A DNA stretch of 28,627 nt from Actinomycetes bacterium (GTDB lineage: Bacteria; Actinomycetota; Actinomycetes; Actinomycetales; Cellulomonadaceae): the NCBI GenBank assembly GCA_023425905.1, contig JAFABT010000010.1, positions 1 to 28,627 on the forward strand, read 5' to 3'. This document shows positions 1 through 8,029 of this stretch, in pieces. The notes beneath the pieces were generated by a model. It ran no database searches, had not been told where the DNA came from, and saw only the letters and a list, made by a program, of their open reading frames with translations. Within the stretch, counting starts at the first letter, position 1, and each line of letters starts with the position of its first letter. Both the position numbers and the translations under genes were made by a program.

Positions 1-2
1 CA

Positions 3-806
3 GCTGATCCCACCCCGCCCGCAGCGACCGCGACGAAGGGCGGCGCACGTGCGCTGCGCGCCGTCGGTCTCGGTGTCTCCTACGGTGGCGCTGACGTCGT
101 GCACGACGTGGACCTCCAGCTCACCCCGGGGGACGCCCCCGTGGGCATCATCGGAGAGTCCGGGGCAGGCAAGTCGACGATCGTCGACGCGCTGGCCGGC
201 GACCTCAAGCCGACCCGCGGGCACGTGGCCTTCGGCGGCCGCACCGTGAGCAGGCTGCGGCTCGGGGACAAGAAGCGCTTCAAGGCCGCGGTGCGTCGCG
301 TGCAGCAGAACGGCCTGGGCGTCGACATGCAGCAGACCGTCGACCGCGTGCTGAGCACGGCGCTCAAGGACGCGCGCAAGGCCGGGCGGGCGAGCGGGCG
401 CAACGTCGCCGACCTGCTCGAGGACGTCGCGCTGCCGCCGCTCATGTCGGAGCGCAGGCTGCAGACGCTCTCGGGCGGCGAGCGGCAGCGCATCGCGCTG
501 GCTGTGGCGCTCGCGACCAAGCCGGACATCCTGCTGCTCGACGAGCCGCTCACCGCGGTGGACCCCGCGATGCGCGGGGACCTCGTGCGGAGCCTCGCGG
601 AGGCGACGAAGGAGCTCGGGACGGCCGTTCTGCTCGTCTCGCACGACATCGAGCTCGTGAGCAGGTTCTGCTCGACGGTGCACGTCCTCGCCGAGGGCAC
701 GATCGTCGCGTCGGGGGACCTCACCGACATCCTCGCGAACGACCCGCACCCGTCGGTCAGGGCGCTCGCCGAGAACGCCCCGCTCGCCGCCCAACGCTTC
801 CGCTGA
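3..806 (+). CDS. ABC transporter ATP-binding protein (peptide/nickel-type), 5' end probably outside the window
   Basis: Walker A GESGAGKS, signature LSGGERQR, Walker B ILLLDEP, H-loop VSHD. The frame is open from base 3 and LRAVGLGVSYGGADVVHDVDL looks like the normal first strands, so the start is upstream of the 99 given in the track. Confidence 0.9.
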   Translation, partial: ADPTPPAATATKGGARALRAVGLGVSYGGADVVHDVDLQLTPGDAPVGIIGESGAGKSTIVDALAGDLKPTRGHVAFGGRTVSRLRLGDKKRFKAAVRRVQQNGLGVDMQQTVDRVLSTALKDARKAGRASGRNVADLLEDVALPPLMSERRLQTLSGGERQRIALAVALATKPDILLLDEPLTAVDPAMRGDLVRSLAEATKELGTAVLLVSHDIELVSRFCSTVHVLAEGTIVASGDLTDILANDPHPSVRALAENAPLAAQRFR

Positions 807-877
807 GCCCTGCGCGGAGCGGCACCGACGCCGTCCGGCGTGCCGGTGTCGTGGCACGACCACGGGTCGATCTGAGG

Positions 878-883
878 TAGAGT
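878..883 (+). promoter_or_regulatory. Putative sigma-A -10 element for tRNA-Pro
   Basis: GG-TAGAGT fits TANNNT, about 56 nt upstream of the tRNA. Confidence 0.5.
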
Positions 884-939
884 CTCTCTCGGTCCTGCGG
901 GACCGAACCGCCGGTTCTGGGCTCTTCTGGCCAGCCGGA

Positions 940-1013
<74 letters not shown>

Positions 1014-1018
1014 CGTGA

Positions 1019-1052
1019 ACGCCCTGGTGGGAGGCAACTCTCACCAGGGCGT
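1019..1052. terminator. Hairpin between the convergent tRNA and DUF3817 genes
   Basis: ACGCCCTGGTGGGAG-GCAA-CTCTCACCAGGGCGT: 15-bp stem with one G-U pair and a GNRA loop. Confidence 0.75.
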
Positions 1053-1088
1053 CGTCGTGTCCGGGGCGGCCGTGGCGCCGGGGGAGGA

Positions 1089-1550
1089 TCAGCGCCCGCC
1101 GGGCGGACCGATCACCAAAAGGGCCGCGTAGAGACCGACGAGCGCGACGATGACGAGCGTCGTGAGCAGCCACGCATGGTTGAGGGACCACCGCATGACG
1201 CGGTCGTGCCAGTGCGCGTCGCGCGGGTCGTCGGTCTGCTCGAGCCGCCAGGCTCCGGTGAGGCGGCCGGAGCGGGCGAGCCACCTCTCGACGGGGATCG
1301 TGGCGTACGGGACGACGGCGCTCACGACGGCCAGCGTCGTCGGTGCCGCGCCCCAGCGCTGGTTCTTCGCGACGAGGAGCGCCGTGGCTCCGTACGCGAG
1401 GAAGACGAATCCGTGGATGGCTCCTCCGATCGTCACTGCGAGCGGCCAGTCCAGGACCGCGCGCAGCACGAGCCCGGTGAGGAGCAGGGTCCACGAGATC
1501 GCCTCCGCCACGGCGAGGGAGCGGAACAGTGACAGGGGGGTGCGGTGCAA
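1089..1550 (-). CDS. DUF3817-family membrane protein
   Basis: FRSLAVAEAISWTLLL...GGAIHGFVFLAY motif with about 4 hydrophobic segments. Start moved to TTG at 1550, which follows a GGAGGAG Shine-Dalgarno (SD). Confidence 0.85.
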   Translation of the reverse strand: MHRTPLSLFRSLAVAEAISWTLLLTGLVLRAVLDWPLAVTIGGAIHGFVFLAYGATALLVAKNQRWGAAPTTLAVVSAVVPYATIPVERWLARSGRLTGAWRLEQTDDPRDAHWHDRVMRWSLNHAWLLTTLVIVALVGLYAALLVIGPPGGR

Positions 1551-1653
1551 CGTGTCTCCTCCGGGAGGGCCCGCCGGGGTGCGCGCCTCGTCGATGAGAT
1601 CACGCGGGGGCGCGTCGTCCTCCGGAGGGCGCGCCGAGGCCCGGTCAGCCGTG

Positions 1654-1851
1654 TCAGCGATCACACCCGCAGACGTCGTTGTACTCGACGACCTCGTCGC
1701 CGTCCTGCGCCCACGCTGCGGCCTCGTCGACCGACACGAAGCTGCGCGGTGCGAGCCGGCCGTTCGCCATGAGCACGCCGATGGTGATGACCTCGCGAGG
1801 GTCCACCCAGCCGTCGTCAGCGGGTGCCGTCGTGGGGTGTGGAGTCGCCAT
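1654..1851 (-). CDS. Small hypothetical protein (65 aa) ending in CGCDR
   Basis: ATG start with GAGGGA upstream, GC-rich third positions, protein-like acidic composition; fills the gap between the xylanase and DUF3817. Confidence 0.6.
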   Translation of the reverse strand: MATPHPTTAPADDGWVDPREVITIGVLMANGRLAPRSFVSVDEAAAWAQDGDEVVEYNDVCGCDR

Positions 1852-1861
1852 GTGGTCATCG

Positions 1862-1899
1862 TCCCTCGCGAGCAGGGATGTGTCACTGCCCGCGAGGGA
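1862..1899 (-). terminator. Hairpin after the xylanase stop
   Basis: 14-bp inverted repeat TCCCTCGCGAGCAG / CTGCCCGCGAGGGA (one G-U on the minus transcript), 10-nt loop, 10 nt after the stop. Confidence 0.6.
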
Positions 1900-1908
1900 G
1901 TGGCCTGC

Positions 1909-3918
1909 CTACCGGACGTCGCACGGGACGCCGTTGAGCGCGAACCCCGTGGGCTTCGGGTTGCTCCCGGAGTGGGTCCCGTTGAACCCGATGTCGGTCG
2001 CCCCTCCGGTCGCGAGCGTGCCGTTCCACGGGGCGTTCGTCGCGGTGACAGCGGCGCCCTGCTGCGACCACGTCGCCGACCAGCCCTGGCTCACGGTCTG
2101 CGTGCCCGGGAAGTCGAACGTGAGGGACCAGGACGCGAGGGCCTGGGGTCCGGTGTTCATGACCCGCACGCCCGCCGTGAAGCCGGTGTTCCAGTCGCTC
2201 GTCGTGTACGTCACCCGGCACGACGCGCCGGGCGTCGCGCTCGGGGTGGGCGTGGGGGTCGGCGTGGGAGTCGGGGTGGGAGTCGGGGTGGGAGTCGGGG
2301 TGGGGGTCGGCGTGGGAGTCGGGGTCTCCCCGATCCGGGACGGGTCGACGAACGCCCAGTAGGCAGGCTTCACCTGGAGCGCCCCGTCGAAGAGCAGGGG
2401 CGCCGCGCCCGAACGCAACCACGTCCGGGAGTCCTCAAGACCCCAGATGGTGATCGACTCGAAGGACGCGGAGTGGTCCTCGAGCATGGTGACCAGGTCG
2501 CGGTAGTAGTACGCCTGCTCGAGCAGCCTGTCCGCGGGCGGCGTCGTCCACTCCTCGCCGCCGTGGCGGTACGCCGACACGTCGAGCTCGGTGACGGCTT
2601 GGCGGATGCCGAGCGCCTCGAAGGCCTCGATCGTGTCCTCGATCATGGAGACCGAGCGACCGACCTCGACGTGAAGCTGGTGCCCGACACCGTCGACGGG
2701 CACACCCCGCGCGAGGAGGTCACCGACGAGGCTCAGGTAGGGCGCGCGCTTGTTCGGGTACTCGGAGTTGTAGTCGTTGATGAACAGCTGCACCTCGGGA
2801 CCGAAGGCGTCGCGGGCGTAGCGGAAGGCGTCGGCGATGTAGGACGGGCCGAGGATGCGGTACCACTCGCTGCGACGCAGGCCGTCGGACTGGTTCTCGT
2901 CGATGACCTCGTTGACGACGTCGAAGGCGAAGATGGGGTTCCCGGCCGTCCCGTACTCGCCGTACGTCTCGCGGTAGTGGTCGGCGATCGCCTCGATGTG
3001 GGTGCGGAGCCGGTCGCGGAGCAGCGCCTGGTCGGCAGCCGACGTCGACAACGACGAGCCGTCGCGCTGGAAGAACCACGCGGGGATCTGCTGGTGCCAC
3101 AGGAGTGTGTGGCCGTACACGCGCATGCCATGGTCGAGCGCCCAGTCGACGAGGCCGTCGGCCGCCCCGAAGGTGAACGTGCCCTCGGTCGGCTGGATCG
3201 CGTCGGGCTTCATCTGGTTGCCCGGGGTGATCTGCTCGGCGTGGTGCGCGAGCAGGTCCCCGCGTCCGCCGAGGACGTCCTGCGGCTCGACCGCGATGCC
3301 GAACGGGACGGACACCGCGTCGCGCTCGGGGGTCACGGAGAGGTCAGGGGTGTGCCGCACGCCCGTGACGAGGACGTCGTCGACCATGACGTCGACGGGT
3401 GAGGAGACGGACTCGACGTAGAGCGAGGCGGTGTCGAAGAGGCCGGGGGAGTAGGTCCCGGTGACCTGCCGCCACTGGCTCGTCACGCCCTCGACCGTCG
3501 TGACGGTCTCGTAGGAGGGCTCACCGTCGAGGTCGCGCTGCACCGAGACCCGGAGATCGGCTGAGCCCGCGCCGTCGGGCAGTCGGAGCCAGAGGGCGAT
3601 CGAGTAGGTCGTCCCCGGCTCGAAGACGTCGGTCACAGGGATGAGGGCGCCGTCCCACGGGTCGACGCGGTCCTCGACGAGGAGGCTCCCCGAGCCGCGA
3701 GCACCGACGCCCGTCGTGCTCACGGACGCGGCACCGCGGGCCTGCCAACCCTCGACGCCCGACTCGAAGTCGCTCTCGACGACGACCTCGGACGACTGCG
3801 CCTGAGCGGCGGGGACGGACGCGAGCGCCCCGGTGACTGCGACCGAGGCCGCGACGAGCGGGCCCAGGACGAGAGCCCCGCGCGTGCGACCGGAACGGGT
3901 GGGACGGACGAACGGCAT
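1909..3918 (-). CDS. Secreted endo-1,4-beta-xylanase: CBM22(CBM_4_9)-GH10-PT linker-CBM2
   Basis: Signal peptide ending AAQA; SDFESGVEGWQARG CBM4_9/22 start; GH10 motifs NQMKPD, GHTLLWHQQ, FDVVNE (acid/base), TELDV (nucleophile); (TP)14 linker; Cys-bracketed Trp-rich CBM2; SD GAGGAG. Confidence 0.95.
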   Translation of the reverse strand: MPFVRPTRSGRTRGALVLGPLVAASVAVTGALASVPAAQAQSSEVVVESDFESGVEGWQARGAASVSTTGVGARGSGSLLVEDRVDPWDGALIPVTDVFEPGTTYSIALWLRLPDGAGSADLRVSVQRDLDGEPSYETVTTVEGVTSQWRQVTGTYSPGLFDTASLYVESVSSPVDVMVDDVLVTGVRHTPDLSVTPERDAVSVPFGIAVEPQDVLGGRGDLLAHHAEQITPGNQMKPDAIQPTEGTFTFGAADGLVDWALDHGMRVYGHTLLWHQQIPAWFFQRDGSSLSTSAADQALLRDRLRTHIEAIADHYRETYGEYGTAGNPIFAFDVVNEVIDENQSDGLRRSEWYRILGPSYIADAFRYARDAFGPEVQLFINDYNSEYPNKRAPYLSLVGDLLARGVPVDGVGHQLHVEVGRSVSMIEDTIEAFEALGIRQAVTELDVSAYRHGGEEWTTPPADRLLEQAYYYRDLVTMLEDHSASFESITIWGLEDSRTWLRSGAAPLLFDGALQVKPAYWAFVDPSRIGETPTPTPTPTPTPTPTPTPTPTPTPTPTPSATPGASCRVTYTTSDWNTGFTAGVRVMNTGPQALASWSLTFDFPGTQTVSQGWSATWSQQGAAVTATNAPWNGTLATGGATDIGFNGTHSGSNPKPTGFALNGVPCDVR
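2242..2325 (-). repeat. Imperfect 6-bp coding repeat for the (Thr-Pro)14 linker
   Basis: GGGAGTCGGGGT-like units on the + strand; translation TPTPTP... Confidence 0.95.
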
Positions 3919-4102
3919 GACGAGCTCCTCGGGACGGGACGGGACGCATGACGCGACCCGCCGCGACGGTAGAGCGGGAAGGTGACTGACGGCCGAGCCC
4001 GAACCGTTTTAGGCCGGGCTCACCCTCGAGGCGCGTGACGCCCGAGCGCGTGTGACAATCGCCGTCCACCTTGCCGCGCGGCACTCTCAGGAGGCGACTC
4101 TC

Positions 4103-5044
4103 GTGACGCAGCAGATCGCAGTCGTCTGGAACCCTTCGAAGACGACGAGGGACGTGCTCGAGGACGGTCTCGCCGAGGCGATCGAGCGCACCGGCGCGGC
4201 CCCGGTCGTCACGTGGTGGGAGACGACCGAGGAGGACCCGGGTCAGGGCGTCACCGCGCAGGCCCTCGCGGCCGGCGCCGACGTCGTCGTCGCGACCGGG
4301 GGAGACGGAACGGTCCGCGCCGTGGCCGAGCGTCTCGCGGAGGGCAGCGACGCGGATCTGGGCATCCTGCCCCTCGGGACGGGCAACCTGCTCGCGCGCA
4401 ACCTCGACGTCCCGCTCGGCGACGTCGCCGCGGCGTTCGTCCGTGTCCTCACCACCGAGCCCACGACGATCGACCTCGGCTGGGTAGACGCCACCGTCGA
4501 AAGCCGCACGGTTCGCCACGCCTTCACCGTCATGGCGGGGTTCGGGGTCGACGCGCACATGATCGTCGAGACGGACGAGGACCTCAAGGACAAGGCGGGG
4601 TGGCTGGCATACGTCGAGTCGCTCGGGCGCGCGATCTCCGCGAGCGAGGTCATCGACCTGCGGCTCGTCGTCGACGGCGAGCTCCCGCGCGAGGAGCGCG
4701 CGCACACGCTCCTCGTCGGCAACTGCGGGGCGCTCATGGGGGGCATCACGCTCATGCCCGACGCCGATCTCACCGACGGTCGGCTCGACATGCTCGTGCT
4801 CAGCGCAGAGGGGGCCGTCCAGTGGCTCGACACGCTGCGGAGCGTCGTGTGGGACAACGGGATCAAGCGACTGCTCACGTCGGCCGACTCGGCTCAGAGC
4901 ACGAGGACCGCTGACCACGGTCGGTTCGCGAGCCTCGACGTGACGCTCGGCGAGCCGCGGGTGCTCGAGGTCGACGGTGACGAGGTCGAGGTCACGTCCT
5001 CGGTGCGCTTCACGGTGCAACCGGGGGCGATCCGGGTCCGCTGA
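4103..5044 (+). CDS. Diacylglycerol/lipid kinase family protein (YegS/DgkB-like)
   Basis: VVWNPSK, GGDGT, LPLGTGNLLARNL, GFGVDA, EVDGD motifs. GTG at 4103 follows a CAGGAGG SD. Confidence 0.92.
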   Translation: MTQQIAVVWNPSKTTRDVLEDGLAEAIERTGAAPVVTWWETTEEDPGQGVTAQALAAGADVVVATGGDGTVRAVAERLAEGSDADLGILPLGTGNLLARNLDVPLGDVAAAFVRVLTTEPTTIDLGWVDATVESRTVRHAFTVMAGFGVDAHMIVETDEDLKDKAGWLAYVESLGRAISASEVIDLRLVVDGELPREERAHTLLVGNCGALMGGITLMPDADLTDGRLDMLVLSAEGAVQWLDTLRSVVWDNGIKRLLTSADSAQSTRTADHGRFASLDVTLGEPRVLEVDGDEVEVTSSVRFTVQPGAIRVR

Positions 5045-5178
5045 CACCGGGGTGCCATGTATCGTGACGGTCGTCCACGGGGCATCGCCCCCAGGTCACA
5101 CGGCACGAGGCGGAGTCGGCTGTCGCGGCTGCGCTCGACGCGCGCATCTGCGCGTGACGATCAGACGGAGGGGTTCCC

Positions 5179-6390
5179 ATGGGCTTCATCAAGGCATTCG
5201 CCGGCGCGATCGGCGGCACGTTCGCCGACCAGTGGAAGGACTTCCTCACCCCGCCCGCGGGGTTGGCGCCGACGGCAGCGATCTTCCCCGCCGTCGCGCA
5301 GGGTCAGAACGCCGGCCGCGGGTCCAACACCAAGGGCTCGGCCCACATCATCACGAACGGCTCGCGCATCGTCGTGCCGGAGGGCTACGGCCTCGTGACC
5401 TTCCAGGACGGCCAGCTCACGGGCTTCGTGGGCGAGCCCGGCGGGTTCATCTTCACGTCGGACGACCAGAACTCGCAGTCGTTCTTCGCCGGCGACTCGA
5501 TCCTCAGCTCGACCGTGAAGACCTCGTGGGAGCGGTTCAAGTTCGGCGGCCAGCCGGGCTCGCAGCAGCTGGCGTTCTACGTCAACCTCAAGGAGATCCC
5601 CAACAACCGCTTCGGCACCCAGTCGGAGATCTACTGGGACGACGCCTACCTCGGGGCACAGGTGGGGGCTGTCACGCGCGGCACGTACACGCTGCGCATC
5701 GTCGACCCCATCCTCTTCGTCAAGGGATTCGTGCCCCTCACGTACCTCAGCGCTGACGCCCGGGTCTTCGACTTCTCCGACCTCGCGAACGACGCGGCGA
5801 GCCAGCTGTTCAACGAGGTCGTCGGCTCGCTCTCCGCGGCGTTCTCGAACTACACGAACGACCCGAGCAAGGGCAACCGGATCACGAAGATCCAGGGTGA
5901 CGCGATCGGCTTCGCGCAATCGCTCAGCCTCGCGGTCGAAGAGGGCTACCGGTGGACCACCGACCGTGGCCTCACGATCGTCAAGGTCGCGCTGCAGGCC
6001 ATCGAGTACGACGAGGACACCCGCGCCCTGCTCAGCGACGTGAAGAAGGCGGATGCCCTCGGTGGCGCACGCGGCAACTCGTTCCTGCAGCAGGCCGCCG
6101 CCCGCGGCATCCAAGGTGCCGGCGAGGGGGGTGGCGGGGCAGCCAACATGGCGATCCTCGGCATGGGTCTCGGTGCAGCCTCCGGCATGGCCGCCGGTCT
6201 CCAGCAGCCCGGGACGCCTCCCGCGTTCCAGCAGCAGGCGGCCGCCGCGACGACCGAGGCACCTGCTGCCGCGGCGCCTGCCGCGGACGACCCGGTCGCG
6301 AAGCTCACCCAGCTCAAGGCGATGCTCGACCAGGGCCTGATCACCCAGGAGGACTTCGACGCTGCCAAGAACAAAGTTCTGGGGCTGTAG
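5179..6390 (+). CDS. SPFH/Band-7-like protein (YdjI / 'virion core protein' type) with C-terminal SHOCT domain
   Basis: IITNGSRIVVPEG, EPGGF, YVNLKEIPNNRFGT, RGTYTLRIVDP pattern; Gly/Ala/Met-rich linker; C-terminal DPVAKLTQLKAMLDQGLITQEDFDAAKNKVLGL is a SHOCT match; SD GGAGG. Confidence 0.88.
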   Translation: MGFIKAFAGAIGGTFADQWKDFLTPPAGLAPTAAIFPAVAQGQNAGRGSNTKGSAHIITNGSRIVVPEGYGLVTFQDGQLTGFVGEPGGFIFTSDDQNSQSFFAGDSILSSTVKTSWERFKFGGQPGSQQLAFYVNLKEIPNNRFGTQSEIYWDDAYLGAQVGAVTRGTYTLRIVDPILFVKGFVPLTYLSADARVFDFSDLANDAASQLFNEVVGSLSAAFSNYTNDPSKGNRITKIQGDAIGFAQSLSLAVEEGYRWTTDRGLTIVKVALQAIEYDEDTRALLSDVKKADALGGARGNSFLQQAAARGIQGAGEGGGGAANMAILGMGLGAASGMAAGLQQPGTPPAFQQQAAAATTEAPAAAAPAADDPVAKLTQLKAMLDQGLITQEDFDAAKNKVLGL

Positions 6391-6398
6391 GTCCTCTC

Positions 6399-7688
6399 GT
6401 GAACTCGAACGACGCACAGCAGCCTCCCGTCCCGGTGCCCGCGCCTTTGCCGCCGCAGGCACCGGGAGAGGGGTCTCCCGGGGTTGACGTCGCCGCCGCC
6501 CTGGGTCTCGACGGCCCCGATGGTCTTCAGACCTTCCAGACGGACAAGGACGCCAAGGACGGGCTCACCAAGTGCGCCCGCTGCGGCGCGACCGACATCG
6601 CCCTCAACATCGCGACCGGCAACCTTCAGTGCACCTTCTGCCGCCACGAGTGGCAGACGGCCAACATGAACGAGAAGTTCGGCCTGGGTGCGGGGATCGA
6701 GTCGCTACGGGGCGTGGCGATGGGGTCCGGGTCGGCCGACATCATCCCGTCGGTCGAGGAGATCCTCACGTTCAAGTGCAGCGCATGCGGTGCAGAGGTC
6801 GTCATCGACACGAACCACAGCACGCAGGCTCGCTGCCACTGGTGCCGGAACACGTTGTCGATGAACCAGCAGGTGCCCAACGGCGCGGTGCCCGACATGA
6901 TCCTGCCGTTCCGCCTCCCCAAGGCGGACGCCGTCGCCCGCATCGCGGCCTTCGTCAACAAGCGCCGGTTCTACGCGCACCCGACCTTCCGCGCCGAGTT
7001 CAATCCCGAGAACGTCGTCGGGACGTACTTGCCGTACATGGTTGTCGACGTCAACGCCCACGCGTCGTTCGCCGGAGAGGGCGAGCATCAGACGCGGCGC
7101 TACACGGTGAAGGTCGGCGACTCGGAGCAGGTGCGCTACGACGCCGACGTCTACCGGGTCGAGCGCGAGTTCGACCTCCACATCAACGACCTCACCGTCG
7201 AGTCGTCGAGCGAACGGCTCGACCAACGCTCGGCGGAGAACACGAACAACATCATCAACTCGATCATGCCGTTCGACGTCGAGCACGCGGTCCAGTACGA
7301 CTCCAACTACCTCGCAGGGTTCACGTCGGAGCGACGGGACACGAACCTCGACCAGCTTGCCCCGATCGCCACGATCCAGGCAGAGGACATCGCGCGGCAC
7401 CAGGCGCACAGGACGTTGAAGTTCTACGACCGAGGCGTGCGCTGGGACGCCGAGCGTGTCGACGTCGTCGGTCAGCGGTGGGTCTCGGCCTACCTCCCGG
7501 TGTGGCTCTACAGCTACCTCGAGACCAAGTCCAACGGGAAGACCTTCCTCCACTACGTCGCGGTCAACGCCCGCACGGGGGAGACGATGGGGTCGATCCC
7601 GGTCAACAAGCGCCGGTTGCTGGCGGTCTCTGGCATCGTCCAGGTGATCGGCACGATCGTGGGCCTTGCGATCCTGGTGGTGGGTTGA
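6399..7688 (+). CDS. Double zinc-ribbon membrane-anchored protein (YdjG-like, 'TFIIB-type zinc ribbon')
   Basis: CARC-x15-CTFC and CSAC-x15-CHWC, YLPYM and YLPVW motifs, AVNARTGE, C-terminal hydrophobic helix. GTG 8 nt after the SPFH stop; the track extension to 5952 overlaps SPFH and is spurious. Exact start uncertain. Confidence 0.85.
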   Translation: MNSNDAQQPPVPVPAPLPPQAPGEGSPGVDVAAALGLDGPDGLQTFQTDKDAKDGLTKCARCGATDIALNIATGNLQCTFCRHEWQTANMNEKFGLGAGIESLRGVAMGSGSADIIPSVEEILTFKCSACGAEVVIDTNHSTQARCHWCRNTLSMNQQVPNGAVPDMILPFRLPKADAVARIAAFVNKRRFYAHPTFRAEFNPENVVGTYLPYMVVDVNAHASFAGEGEHQTRRYTVKVGDSEQVRYDADVYRVEREFDLHINDLTVESSSERLDQRSAENTNNIINSIMPFDVEHAVQYDSNYLAGFTSERRDTNLDQLAPIATIQAEDIARHQAHRTLKFYDRGVRWDAERVDVVGQRWVSAYLPVWLYSYLETKSNGKTFLHYVAVNARTGETMGSIPVNKRRLLAVSGIVQVIGTIVGLAILVVG

Positions 7689-7996
7689 TGAGTCTCGATC
7701 TGATGTCGACGGTGCTCCCGTTCGTCAGTGTCCTCGCCGAGACGAGCTCGGACGACGGGGACGGTCGCGCGATCGGGCTGCTGTTCCTGCTTGCAGGGCC
7801 GGTGTTCTACTCGATGATGTACCTGCGCTACCGCAACAGCGACAAGCGCCACCACCACGAGTCGGAGACCGAGGCGAAGGTCCAGGGCATGCGTGCGGTC
7901 GATGAGCGCACCGGTTCGGTCAAGGGCGTGTCGAACGCGAGCCTCCGGGGGTCGAACAGCACGCGTGTGCGGGGCGCTCGGCGCGGCCTGGGCTGA
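7688..7996 (+). CDS. Small membrane protein (102 aa), translationally coupled to the zinc-ribbon gene
   Basis: TGATG stop/start overlap at 7686-7690; TM segment AIGLLFLLAGPVFYSMMYL followed by RYRNSDKRHHHESET. Confidence 0.8.
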   Translation: MSLDLMSTVLPFVSVLAETSSDDGDGRAIGLLFLLAGPVFYSMMYLRYRNSDKRHHHESETEAKVQGMRAVDERTGSVKGVSNASLRGSNSTRVRGARRGLG

Positions 7997-8029
7997 GGTC
8001 GCCGGACCTGCCCGGGCTAGGGTCGCGGG

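Noticed and set aside
2242..2325. G-rich repeat as a G-quadruplex or regulatory VNTR
   Set aside because: Fully explained by the Thr-Pro linker codons; synonymous variation points to protein-level selection.
5060..5178. Riboswitch in the SPFH operon leader
   Set aside because: Only short GC hairpins after a TATCGT hexamer; no aptamer consensus I recognise.
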